The notes under the pieces were generated by a model. It saw only the letters and a program-made list of their open reading frames with translations, ran no database searches and was not told the origin of the DNA. A stretch of DNA of 64,000 nt from positions 19,587,820 through 19,651,819 of the forward strand of contig NC_068990.1 of assembly GCF_001194135.2 (NCBI RefSeq), given 5' to 3'. This document shows, piece by piece, positions 13,714 to 27,180 of the stretch. This DNA comes from Octopus bimaculoides (lineage: Eukaryota). Position 1 is the first letter of the stretch; each line of letters starts with the position of its first letter. The position numbers and the translations under genes were made by a program.

Positions 13714-15053
13714 TACGCCTGAAAAAAAGACACCATTACTGTTAATTTGCAGTCTTTAATGTGAATTTCCTTTAGTTACGCTTAGTCCATGCTATTATTG
13801 ATTTCCTGGTATTATATATTAATGCCTGTCATCGTATTCCACGAGAAAAAAGTTTTAAATATTATCCAATACAGTACGTGTAAAGCTGTGCCATTTTCTA
13901 TCACTGTATAACTTGTATTTGTATTTTATGTTTTTCCTATGAAATTTGTAAATACTTCAGATGCACGTCAGGAAAAATGGTTAGAGACAATTCGTCCGTC
14001 TTTATGTTCTGAGTTCAAATTTCGCCGAGGACGATTTTGTCTTTCATCCTTTCGGTGTCGATGAAATAAGAATCCAGTGGTGCACTGGGATTGATGTAAT
14101 TTCAGGCCTTGTGCTTATCGTAGAAAGCATTATTATTATTATTATTGAGACTGCGCCTAGATTCAATCCCGGCATTCTGCTTATCTCAATTTCCAGATCT
14201 TTAATTGTGGTTATTGTCTCCGTTTATATAAACGTCTGTTTAATCCAATTGCCCATCCACACAATTTATATAGCAATAGCCTAAATGCTTTTATATGATT
14301 ACACCAGATTGCCGAGCGTGGATCTCGTACGACTTGTTTTTGTGCAACGATTATTTTTCTTCGTTTTCAATTATTTTCAATTTTATTTTTTCATTTATTT
14401 TTTGCCTAATATACATGAAGTGGAAAATGCTGCTATATAGTCTGCAGGCTGTAAAAAAAAAATGAATTGCAAGGGGTTTAGATTTCGTGATTAAATGCAT
14501 ATTCCTTTTATAATTCAATAATATCGAAATTGTACCTGCACCTTATTTCGTTCATTTTTTTAATAGACTTTTCTAATCGTTTTTTGCGTTGGATAGTCTA
14601 CATATTTTCTGTTGGATATCTTTTCTAACATAATCGTGTTTAGCAATAAAATTAGAAACGAAAAAGACTAAGAAGCCAGCGAAAATATTGTGATCCTTCG
14701 TATACTACTGTTTGTATGTGTTGTACTTACCTCTAGCCATTAAAACCAAACCTATTTCTGAGACATTTTTGGCTTTCTCACTTCGAAAATACGAACAACA
14801 TGAGTCATCTGGGAAGATGTATCTTCTTATAAAAGTACAAGCTGGGAGTAGATTATCTGCTCTTTCTTTTGGAATGATTTCTTTTTCCATTTTTATGTGG
14901 CATAGTTACAGTATATTATTAGTCTTCTTTTCTCTTGATTTCCGCTCTAAACTCTCCCTTCCAACACATCCGACAAACCCCGACACTCCAGTTCAATATA
15001 GTTTTCTTTCTGTGAAGCGATTTGGTAGCTCGTCTTTCACCACTCATCTAGTT

Positions 15054-15286
15054 CTTATTTCTTTATTGCCAACAAGGGGCTAAACATAGAGGGGACAAAC
15101 AAGGAAAGACAAAGGGATTGAGTCGATTACATCGATCCCAGTGCGTAACTGGTACTTAATTTATCGACCCCGAAAGGATGAAAGGCAAAGTCGACCTCGG
15201 CGGAATTTGAACTCAGAATGTAGCGGCAGACGAAATACCGCTAAGCATTTCGCCCGGCGTGCTAACGTTTCTGCCAGCTCGCCGCC
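15054..15286 (-). mobile_element. SINE family B, near-intact, tail type 1
   Basis: Clean reverse complement of the family B consensus. Confidence 0.9.
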
Positions 15287-16204
15287 ACTCATCTATTTCT
15301 GGTCTCCTACAAACCATCTCACAGAGTAACGTAAGATATTCTAGGAGAGAGAGTGGGGGGGGGGAAGAATGATAAGGAGAGAAATGAGAGAGAGTAAGTG
15401 GGGAGAAAGTGAAAGATCGACCGCAGTACATATCCAGTCCTTTATTTATAGACTCCGAAATTACAAATAGTAAACTATTATGTGACTTATGCTCAAAGTA
15501 GAGAATCTCGGACCAACACTTGGTGATTTTTGAATTGAGCTTAAACGATTTTTCTTAGTATCAGGACTAATTCATTTATGTATTGATTCCCTAGTGGCCA
15601 CGAATGGGCAACACAATCAAACGTTTTACCGTAATCAGTCGGGGCCATAATGAAATTTATTTTCCTCTTTTTACTGCCTTCTATAATCTTTCGGGTCACT
15701 TTATTCTTGTATTTCCAGAGGGGTTTTTACTGATATTAGACTTTTTTTTCTATTTGTTACACATTTTTCCCGTCTCTGTTGGATTTCTATGAGCTATCTC
15801 ATCTTTTATCCTCAATGTTCTGAAATATATTTTCTTTCTGTTTTAAAAATATGCTTCAGCGCGGAATTAACACAGCTTCTTTTGATACTATCATTGCTTA
15901 CACAATAGTTCAGATCAATTAGGCGATCGATATTCGCGCAGTTTTTCTCAATGGACAGAATTACTTGCAGGACCTTACAATATTTATTTATTCTTTCATT
16001 GACACCCGTCTTTTTGTATAATTCCGACAGGTGTTTATGTCGATGCATGTAAAATCGATGATGTTATCGTTATCTCCATATGTTTTGTTGTTAGCTGCGG
16101 CGTCGGCGGTAACTTTTATTGTGGCTTTATTATTTGCTTTTATAGAAACAAGCAAATAGAAGTTATTTTCCTGTTCTACAGTGTTTGATTTTAGTCTTGT
16201 CATC

Positions 16205-16298
<94 letters not shown>

Positions 16299-16511
16299 GG
16301 CGGTGAGCTGGCAGAGTCGTTAGCACGCCGGGCAAAACGCTCAGTGGAATTTCTTCCGTCTTTACGTTCTGAGTTCAAATTCCATTGAGGTCGACTTTGC
16401 CTTTCATCATTTCGGGGTCGATAAATTAAGTACAAGAAAAACTCAGGGTCGATGTAATCGATCAATCCTCCGCTCCCCACCAAAATTTCAGGTTTTGTGC
16501 CTATAGTAGAA
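16299..16511 (+). mobile_element. SINE family B, near-intact, tail type 2, preceded by (ATC)n(ATT)n
   Basis: ggcggtgagctggcagagtcgttagc...gtgcctatagtagaa. Confidence 0.9.
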
Positions 16512-16811
16512 CATGTCATACCATATATCCATTGGCTCATCTCGCCTTTCTTGATTTTTTTAATATCTTTTCTTTACTTGGTTAAAATGTCTTTTATGCT
16601 CATATTTTGGTCCTTTTACCATGTGCATCGCATTACCCAGACGTCCAGTTATATTACCTTGTTCCCATTCTTTTTTTTCCGTAATTTGAGGTAAGCCTTT
16701 TGACAAATCCAGCTTAGAAAAAATTTCCACACCATTGCACTTAGCAAATATTCCTTCTGACTTTGGAAGCGGATAGTTGTAATTTTTTAAGCTATCTGCT
16801 GTTGTTGTTGC

Positions 16812-16814
<3 letters not shown>

Positions 16815-16877
<63 letters not shown>

Positions 16878-17270
16878 ATTTTACGTCACAGAGCTCTCGA
16901 TCTTACATACTCTGGTTAATTCTGTGAGAGCGGAGAGCGTGCTGTTGTCAGAGGTCTCAAAACGCCTCTTTCCACGAATTGTAAGACTTGGAACTTAGGT
17001 GTTAAGTACCAAAAACACCAATCTCAAAACCTTCCCTGTTCCCAATAGAGAAGCTTTGGGGCATACTCTCCCCTAATATCAATTCCAATTTTTCCGACAT
17101 ATTTCAAGAACTTGGCTGTTAGTACTCCGAGTATCTCTCTAACTACTATAATAAATGTTACTCTCTTCACTGCCTACATTCTTGCAATTTCGTCTTTTAG
17201 TAACTTGTATTGTCCCACATTTTCTAGCTCTTTGTAACCTACGCGTACATCCCTAGTTACAACACTTTGT
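16815..17270 (-). mobile_element. 3' remnant of an RLE-endonuclease non-LTR retrotransposon (R4/Dong-like) with a (TAA)n tail
   Basis: Minus-strand translation KELENVGQYKLLKDEIARM*AVKRVTFIIVV..LGVLTAKFLKYVGKIGIDIR, then after a frameshift SLLGTGKVLRLV. This resembles the RLE C-terminal K..KY..L...GALG...LLGTAxILR pattern. The 3' UTR runs into (AAT)n. Confidence 0.6.
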
Positions 17271-17282
17271 CACTTATGCATG

Positions 17283-17415
17283 CATTCTGCCGAGGTCGAT
17301 TTTGCCTTTCATCCTTTCGGGATCGATGAAATAAGCACCAGTTATTCACTGGGGTCGATTTAATCGATTAGACCCTCCCCCAAAATTTCAGACCTTGTAT
17401 CTATAGCAGAAAGTA

Positions 17416-17469
<54 letters not shown>

Positions 17470-17710
17470 GTTATTATTATTATTATTAAGGCGCTGAACT
17501 GTTAGAATCGTTAGCACGTCGGGCAAAATGCTTAGTGGTTTCCCGTCCATCTTCACGCTTTAAGTTCAAACTCCGACGAGGCCGATTTTGCTTTTCATTC
17601 ATTCGGGATCGACAAATTGAGTACCAGTGAAATGCTGGAGTCGATGTAATGGGCTAGTCCCCGCCCCCAAAATCTCAGGTCTTGTGCCTTTCGTAGAAAG
17701 GGTTATTATT
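17283..17710 (+). mobile_element. Two SINE family B copies linked by (ATT)n
   Basis: A 5'-truncated copy, then (ATT)n, then a full copy. Confidence 0.8.
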
Positions 17711-18856
17711 TAAAGTAGTAGTAGCAGTAGCAGTGATGGCGTTATGGTTGTGATTGTAGCTGCGGTGGAGGCGGATCATAGTTGCGCTCACAGTTGTGGT
17801 TCTCGCGATGGTGGTGATTGTGTTCGTAGCAAGATTGTATTGGCATTGGTTGTCTTTGTATAGATGATAATGGTACTTGTATTATATTTTTTTCAGAAAA
17901 ATAGGGTGTAGAATTTCGCAGTTTCTAATTTAGAGATTTTCATTTTGCCCTTTACTCTTCAAATAATTTTTCAAATAATACAGGAATTGACATTTAATTT
18001 CATCCCTTCAGGACTGTTAAATTAATTACCTGCTGCTCCAAAATACAGTCAATTTAATCAACTTTACATGGCCCCTGCTACCAAAACCACATTAGTCCTC
18101 TCCTGACTATAGTAAAGAAATCCGTAATACGCTGAGGTCGTTGTGTTGCTTCCCACCTACAGTATCTTCCCCCGTAAATTACCTCTCTGTGCTTAAGTCA
18201 AAAGAATTCATTTGTAATTCGTTCTCATAGAATGTCATTTTCGTTTGATATGAAGATGAAGCGTTTCCGACTTCAATAGCAGGCATTAAAAATCTGACAA
18301 ACCAATATTTTGTAATCTTCAACAAACTCAAAGGAAATAATTTTCTGTTATTTGTTTATTTATTTATTTATATTTGTTTATTTAGACATTGAATTATTTA
18401 TTTAATTATTCGTTTATTTTTAAAAACAAAAGAAAAACAAGAACTAAAACAATAGAAACTGCGCACGCAAGTTAAAACAACAAACAAGCAAACAAATAAA
18501 ATCTCGTTATGACGTATGCATCAAGCTATTTGATTGACGGAAATAACAACACTGCGGTGTTAAACTAAATTCGCAAGGATGGGAATATAATTCTCTTTAA
18601 TCAAGTCGTAAATTTAGATATTTTTATTTTGCCAACTTACTTTGTGGCTTCACTTCATTAAAAGCTATCATTTGATTATATCATACAGTAATAATAATAT
18701 TTTTGCGACACAATTAGACTAAAATATTTTTATAGCAGACATTTTAAGACACAATAATGAAAGGGAAATATAAAAGTCTAACGACACGTTAAAAATTCAA
18801 TAAGCGCATATTCTTTCATTATTTCCAGTTATTATTTAAGCTATTTCTCAAGTTAC

Positions 18857-18889
<33 letters not shown>

Positions 18890-20132
18890 AACCATCACCA
18901 TCATCATCATCATCATTTTCGTCGTCTTCTACGTTGTAGTCATCATCACTTCGAAATAGCTCCGCGAGAAGTTTAATTCATTTGATAAAGGAAAAGTTTT
19001 CTCTGTGTTTGTAATCAAGGGATTCAACATGTTTGGACATCTTCTTTATTACCTGCGAGAAACTCATTTTTTTCTTTGGTCGTTTAGATATTTACTTTAT
19101 TCAAAAATAAATAAATAGATAAACAAATGAAATAAAGTGAAATAAAATTAGAAGCCGTTTATTTGTAATGTAATGTGGCATATTGCGAAGTAAAGAAACA
19201 TATGCAAGCAAGAAATGGGGTAATGCCGTTTACTCTCACGAAGAAAAATGGTTTTGAGAGAAATAAATTAAAGTTTTACTTTTTAAATAAAAGAAAAACA
19301 CGCTAACATAGAAAGGAAAATAAATGCAATTAAACATGAAGACACTTCAGACGTTTACACTTTACGAAGTGATAAAAAAGGAACGTCAAATGATGTTAAT
19401 AGTGAGAGCAAAAGCAATGATTTCTCTAGCATTGCAAATCAAAGCGTGCTGTTCAATGTAATATTGATCAAGGAAGAGGTATGTTATTAAGGATTGTTTC
19501 TGCTTGCTCAATGAATTCGTCGAAAATTCATACTTCTGAGTTTCACAAAAAACGGATTAGATTTCATATGCTTTCAGAAGAAGAGAGTATAACAAGAAAA
19601 TATTTCAGAACAATGTGAGACGCCGGGGAGTTTGGGGCACTATGCACCTGCTCGATAGTTGCTTTACTAATATAATAGGGAAAATAGCAAAATACACACT
19701 GCTAATATATTGAGTGAGGTTCGTGCTGACATTCGTAGTCGTGTGAAGTTTATGGAAATGCAAGATACAGCGGATACAGCCTTTGGTGATGAGCGAATGT
19801 CTCTCGTCTGGTTTTGGGAAAGTATCACATTAGCCGAGTTTATTTGATAGTGAATATATCTTGGTCACTGTTTCGACAAAGTGCTTTAAGACGCCTAATT
19901 GTTCTCAATGTTTCCAGCAGATTGAAAAGTTACAATTTGCTTTGACATCTACTTTTATTATAATTCTTATTCGAAGTTACAATACCCGAATATTCCTTAC
20001 CAACTAGGAATGTGATATCTAGGAATAACCATAAATGACTTTAAAATGCTGAAGCGAAACAAAACCTGGCATAAAAAATAGTACTCGAATACCAGAGGTA
20101 GAGTAAAATGCTTTCATATGCATGTATGTATG

Positions 20133-20174
<42 letters not shown>

Positions 20175-22633
20175 CTGTCATGTTTGTAAACGTACATATA
20201 GATGAATATTAGCAGTCTAGCAGAAGCAGAAAAGACGCCAACGTTAAAAGGAAATGCAAAAATAATTATAAGTTAGTGTTCGTTAGCGTTGAAAGTTAGA
20301 AAAACCAACTGAAAATGGTTCACATCTCAGGAAAGTGAACACAGGCCAGATATGTTGCAAACATTTTTTGCTTCCTTTCCCGACCAGAGCAATTACAGAA
20401 ATCGCAGGCCGATATGGTACGCGACATATGCTGTATTTACCAGGACAGGTCTTATTTTATTCTTATTTAAGACTGAGGACGATGCTTCACTATAGTTAGA
20501 CCTCATCAGCATAGTATAGCCAAACTACTCTGGCTGTATACAGTAGGTAATAGATAACGTATATAGAAAAAGAAATGAGCTACAAGTTAATTTCTACGAA
20601 CATAATTTGTACGAATAAACAATGTAATAATCTAAACGAAATGGCTTAATGTCTCTAATGGTATTAAGTTAAATATATCAAGGCTGACATACGGAGTAAA
20701 TTACGTAAGTTCTTCTATATCTGCTGATGCTGCTACTGCAACAAACAGTAATAGTAGTAGTAGTGGTGGTGGTGGTGGCAGTAGTAGTAGTAGTAGTAGT
20801 AGTAGAAGAAGCGTTATTATTGAAAAATAAATATAAAAGATCGTATTATACTCGAACAAAAACTTTCTTAATCAATTGAAATTTCTTATTTCATAAAAAG
20901 AAATTACAAAAAGAAAAAAAAAACGAGATGGTAATTAAGGTAATTATTAGTGAATCCCTAAAAAAGTGGAGATAAATTGAATTAATGAGACTTCACTTTT
21001 TTTTTTTTTTCTTGCATCAAATGTAGAAGCGATATTTTCTTCCTGGCTGAATAAGTCATAATATAAAACTCAACTTCGCAATTAACACGAATTTTACAAT
21101 AAATTTGAAGCTAATCTTCCGTATTGACTGCCTCCGTCAGTAAACTTTCAATTGCTATTAATAAACTTAGTTTAAGACAAATACTTATATTTAACATTTA
21201 ACAATCATTGAGCAAAGATGCTTATCTAGATTCTCTCTATTTATTCCATTGTTTTATTCAATTTAACTCATTTTGTTCTTTAAACATTGTACAATTTTAA
21301 TAAAAGTAAATGACACCTTGAGTAAAAGAACTACTACTACTGCTACTGCTGCTACCATAAATTCGAGTGTTACTAATATGGAAAAAGAAGGTTGTGAAAA
21401 CACGAAAATTGTTTTCAATTATCACAGGTTTTGTTTATTCATAAATGAAAATAAACACCTAGCGGTAGGAGTTAAGGATTCTGGGATAAAGGGGGAGATA
21501 AATACAATGAAAAGCTTATTTATCTAAATTAATACTATTCGTTGACTCAAATTTGTTTTTGCGCATGAAAATGATTGATTACAATGTGTGTGTGTGTGTG
21601 TGCGTGTGTGTGTGTGCGTGTGTGTGCGTGCGTGTGTGTGTGTGTAATGGAGGGAAATGTTAGCTTAAAATGTTAAGAAATATTACATATCCTACTACTA
21701 CTACTACTATTAATAATAATAATAATATTAGGAGTGGCTGTGTGGTAAGTAGCTTGCTTACGAACCACATGGTTTCGGGTTCAGTCCCACTGCGTAGCAC
21801 CTTGGGCAAGTGTCTTCTGCTATAGCCTCGGGCCGACCAAAGCCTTGCGACTGGATTTGGTAGACGGAAACTGAAAGAAGCCCGTCGTATATATATATAT
21901 ANNNNNNNNNNNNNNNNNNNNNNNNNNNNNNNNNNNNNNNNNNNNNNNNNNNNNNNNNNNNNNNNNNNNNNNNNNNNNNNNNNNNNNNNNNNNNNNNNNN
22001 NNNNNNNNNNNNNNNNNNNNNNNNNNNNNNNNNNNNNNNNNNNNNNNNNNNNNNNNNNNNNNNNNNNNNNNNNNNNNNNNNNNNNNNNNNNNNNNNNNNN
22101 NNNNNNNNNNNNNNNNNNNNNNNNNNNNNNNNNNNNNNNNNNNNNNNNNNNNNNNNNNNNNNNNNNNNNNNNNNNNNNNNNNNNNNNNNNNNNNNNNNNN
22201 NNNNNNNNNNNNNNNNNNNNNNNNNNNNNNNNNNNNNNNNNNNNNNNNNNNNNNNNNNNNNNNNNNNNNNNNNNNNNNNNNNNNNNNNNNNNNNNNNNNN
22301 NNNNNNNNNNNNNNNNNNNNNNNNNNNNNNNNNNNNNNNNNNNNNNNNNNNNNNNNNNNNNNNNNNNNNNNNNNNNNNNNNNNNNNNNNNNNNNNNNNNN
22401 NNNNNNNNNNNNNNNNNNNNNNNNNNNNNNNNNNNNNNNNNNNNNNNNNNNNNNNNNNNNNNNNNNNNNNNNNNNNNNNNNNNNNNNNNNNNNNNNNNNN
22501 NNNNNNNNNNNNNNNNNNNNNNNNNNNNNNNNNNNNNNNNNNNNNNNNNNNNNNNNNNNNNNNNNNNNNNNNNNNNNNNNNNNNNNNNNNNNNNNNNNNN
22601 NNNNNNNNNNNNNNNNNNNNNNNNNNNNNNNNN

Positions 22634-22672
<39 letters not shown>

Positions 22673-23206
22673 ATAAGTATACCTATCAATCCATACATAT
22701 ATATATATAATACACACAAACACACACACACAGACAAACACACATATGTAAATATTCATTTATTCATACACACACTCTCACGCACACATATATAAGTATG
22801 TGATCAAATAAATATATGTATGTATCTCTCTGTATACATATATATGTGTGTGTGTGTGTGTGTGTGTACTGCGCATTTTGTTACATCTAACGTGATATCC
22901 GTGATACGTAAGCCCTCTGCCAGCCTGATGTAGTAAATCTTCCTTTCCAACGTCTAATTAAATCAACGTAACATGGATCATTAAATCTCACATGAACATT
23001 TATCAGCTGGTCTGTACTTAAGTACTTAGACAAAAATACAAAAAAAAAAAAGAAAAGAAAGAAATACGATTAAATATATTTAATGCATTTGTACTAATCC
23101 CATTGAACAGATGCGCAGCTATAGAGAAACAATTATTTGCCCCTCTCACCCTCTCTTATACACTATGTATGTATGTATGTATGTATGTATGTATATATGA
23201 ATACAT

Positions 23207-23239
<33 letters not shown>

Positions 23240-23728
23240 NNNNNNNNNNNNNNNNNNNNNNNNNNNNNNNNNNNNNNNNNNNNNNNNNNNNNNNNNNNNN
23301 NNNNNNNNNNNNNNNNNNNNNNNNNNNNNNNNNNNNNNNNNNNNNNNNNNNNNNNNNNNNNNNNNNNNNNNNNNNNNNNNNNNNNNNNNNNNNNNNNNNN
23401 NNNNNNNNNNNNNNNNNNNNNNNNNNNNNNNNNNNNNNNNNNNNNNNNNNNNNNNNNNNNNNNNNNNNNNNNNNNNNNNNNNNNNNNNNNNNNNNNNNNN
23501 NNNNNNNNNNNNNNNNNNNNNNNNNNNNNNNNNNNNNNNNNNNNNNNNNNNNNNNNNNNNNNNNNNNNNNNNNNNNNNNNNNNNNNNNNNNNNNNNNNNN
23601 NNNNNNNNNNNNNNNNNNNNNNNNNNNNNNNNNNNNNNNNNNNNNNNNNNNNNNNNNNNNNNNNNNNNNNNNNNNNNNNNNNNNNNNNNNNNNNNNNNNN
23701 NNNNNNNNNNNNNNNNNNNNNATATATG

Positions 23729-23777
<49 letters not shown>

Positions 23778-25512
23778 ACATGCATACATCCCCCACACCT
23801 ATGTGTGTGTGTGTGCTTGTGTATGTTTATATAGATGTAGAAGCGTGTGTGTACATGTCTGTTTTAATACATGTATGCATTTAGAAATGCATGTGTTTAT
23901 ACATGGTCCACGTAGTAAGTGTCTAGACAATTGTACGAACAGAATATTCGAAATGTTTCTTTTTTTCAAAGTAAACGAAGAAAATGATGAATAATGAAAA
24001 GCAAAAAAGAATACTTCATAAAAAATCGGAAGCCAAAACTTTACCGGAAATATTCAACACCCCTACTAAAAACAATCTATTCTATATAGATTAATCTATA
24101 ACACGTGTGTCTGAAAAATTTTAAATTGCGAAAGCGCTTCAATAGTATACGAAAATTTTCGTCCAGAAAGTTCGTATCACTCTGTGTTTTTAACGATTCT
24201 TTTATACAATTAATAATTTTCAGCTTCAGAAAATCTTTGCTTAAAAATTGAATACACATAAATTGAATTTATGTGTTTCAGTGGTTGTGTAATGTATATA
24301 GTTAATAGCATTAATATCAAAGATAAATGGAGAGACATTCTAGTTCTTCCTTATTCAGATTACCTATATTTTTAGTTGTTGAGTTTGTTATTGTTATTGT
24401 TATTGTTATCCTCTAAGTCAGTGTTGATTGTGAAGATCCAATCATTGAAGTCATTCTACCAATGAACAATCAGTTTCTTTTCCAGTTATTTTCTACCTTA
24501 TTCAATATCACCCAATTTTTCTTTTTATTTCATTAAGACTGGAGAATTGAGACTTCAGAGAAATGTTACTGCTGTTGCTAGCAATTAATTCTACAAAGAG
24601 AGAAGCTCTTTAACTGTCCTATTTAATCTTACTCGTGAGTTATAACCAAATATTTCTGTAAGAATCAGCGTTGAGCATGCGAACAAACTGTCCCATACTA
24701 GTGAGAAGATATTGACTCTGACTTCTACGAAATTAGTGCTGTTAGCTATTGAAACAGCTGCATACCTTACATAACAGATACTTCCTTAAACATTATCGAC
24801 TTATTGGTGAAATGACGCTTCAAAGCAGTGCGCATGTCGTTAATTGTGTTCTTCTAACCTGAATAGAATTAGAGATCTTTGAGTGACTGAATAATATATT
24901 CTGTGGGTGTAGGCATGGCTGTATGAAACCCTCTTTGAAACCACTTGGTTTCTGGTTCAGTACCACGATGGGTTGCAAAGGTAAGCGGCTATAACCACGG
25001 GTCAACCAATGCCTTGTGAGTGAATTTGGTTCACAGAAACTGTGAGGAAACTCAGCGTATGTGTGTGCGTGTGTGTGTTGTTTGCCTCCGACCGCTTTAT
25101 AACTGGCGTTGGTTTGTTTACATCTCCGTGTTTTAGTGGTTCGGCAAAAGGGAATTCGAACGAACCTTTCAAGACGGAACCTTTCAAGCCAGTTTCGCTG
25201 CATTCTAATGACTGATGCAAAAATGCGATAAGAAAGAAGATAATGCAGCGACGTATGTTTTAGCGTTACAACTATATGGGAAAGTTAGAAATCGCATCAT
25301 AAGAAATTAGCTGTCGCCATATCGACGGAAAAAATCGACGGGGAACGAGGAAGTAGGAGACTGAGAAGATGTTGGCTTGACGACATTAAAAAATGAATTG
25401 CAAGACCTCTGACCGAATTGTCAGAGGCAGTAAGCGATGGAGTGAGAGAGATGGTGCAGGTATCCATGGTCCCAGACCTCTCAGCAATGAGGAAGGGAAT
25501 AGAAAAGATATA

Positions 25513-26242
25513 GGATCTATTTTAAAACGGGGGCGCCAGTTTTCATTTATGTTTTATGTAGTGTTTTTGGTACGGAAAGACTTTCAAACTTCGTATACTT
25601 ATCTATTTTGTGTTATAGAACAGAAAAATATTTTTGTATTCGAATTTATTTCATGTAAAAAATTGTCTTATTTCGATAATTTCTACTAATCACTGACGTC
25701 TATTCAGTTGAAAACAGCTAGCGCTGTAACGGTGTATATCGTATTAATCCCGTAACCCTAACCCTAACTAGACTGTTAACCGTAACCGTAACCCTAACCC
25801 TAACCCTAAAACTAGCCTTAACTCTAGAATCCGAACGCTAAAATTGTTACACACATAGATACGCACAGCGTAATTTATTATATAAACAATATATGCGTAT
25901 AAATTACGATTAAACCGGATGAAATATGTCACAGGGAATAACATTTTTATGACCGCCCAGCAGTAAACTCTATTCAGCTGAATAGAGTTTACTGCTGGGC
26001 GGTCATAAAAATGTTATTCCCTGTGACATATTTCATCCGGTTTAATCGTAATTTATACGCATATATTGTTTATATAATAAATTACGCTGTGCGTATNNNN
26101 NNNNNNTTTTTTTTTTTTTTGTTAAGAAGACTAAGAGTAAAATATGTTTTATATGACACATTCTACCAGTGTCCCAAGTTTCAAAGTGTTTCGTTAGTGT
26201 TTCGTTAAGAAAATACTGGCGCCCCCGTTTTAAAATAGATCC
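25513..26242. mobile_element. Non-autonomous DNA transposon (MITE-like) with 28-bp perfect TIRs and an 8-bp TSD
   Basis: GGATCTATTTTAAAACGGGGGCGCCAGT at 25513-25540 and its exact reverse complement at 26215-26242. AAGATATA flanks both sides (25505-25512 and 26243-26250). No coding capacity; contains a 10-N gap. Confidence 0.85.
25752..25808. repeat. Short degenerate (CCCTAA)n telomere-like repeats inside the MITE
   Basis: cgtaaccctaaccctaac...ccgtaaccgtaaccctaaccctaaccctaa. Confidence 0.75.
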
Positions 26243-27133
26243 AAGATATATACAAAAATAACATTGGAGTAGACCTGACAGTCGGGTTAAGAAGCCCGCG
26301 TTGCAACCACGTGTTTTTGTGTTCAGTCCCATTGCACGGCACCTCTGGCAAATGTCTATTATGATCCTGGGCCGACCAGTTCCTTGTGAGTGAATTTGGT
26401 ATACGGGAACTGTGTGCAAACCGGTCGTTTCTTCATGTGAGAGAGAGAGAGAGTGAAAAGGAGAAAGAGAGAGAAAGTGTGTGTGTGTATGTGTGTGTGT
26501 CTGTGTGTGTTTTGTGTATATGTGTGTGTTCTGACAACAGCTTAACAACTGGTGTTGGTTTATTTACGAACCCACGAGGCTGATAGGAAAACTACCAAAC
26601 TTTAGAATAAGCCCTGGAGTCGATTGTCCAACTAAAACCCTTAAAGGTAGCACTCCAGCTTGGCCGCAATCTAACGATTAAAACAAATAAATAATAAATG
26701 ATGAACGAGAAAAGATAATAATTTTTGCATGCTAATAAATGGCTTCCAGAATAAAATTGTTCCAGTTTCAAACCTTTGTCTCATATCTAGTCATTTACTA
26801 AACAAATAAAACTTCGAAATGCTTTTTCAGCTATTTACGTTTTACATGGAAACAGTAAGATACGTATCAGCTATGTATCCCTCTACTCCCACCTCCTCCC
26901 ATTAACCGCTCGCTTCTCTTTGTATCTAACGTTAGCTATGTCTTTTATATTCTCTTGTATTCCTCGTCTTGTTTGTTACTCTATTTCTCCCAGCCTCCCT
27001 TTCTTTCTGTTTTTGTTGTATCGTTCAGTTCAAAGAAATAAGATAAATCATCTCATTTCCACCTCACTTTCCTTTCCTTATATATACACACACATTCGAA
27101 TGTGTGCGTGTGCGCGTTGTATGTGCTTGCACA

Positions 27134-27179
<46 letters not shown>

Positions 27180-27180
<1 letters not shown>

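Noticed and set aside
16815-17270. R4/Dong-like LINE as the mobilising partner of SINE B
   Set aside because: Its sense tail is (TAA)n whereas SINE B ends in the complementary (ATT)n, and no shared 3' sequence is seen.
25752-25808. True telomere or chromosome fusion site
   Set aside because: Only a few degenerate units, enclosed by transposon TIRs.
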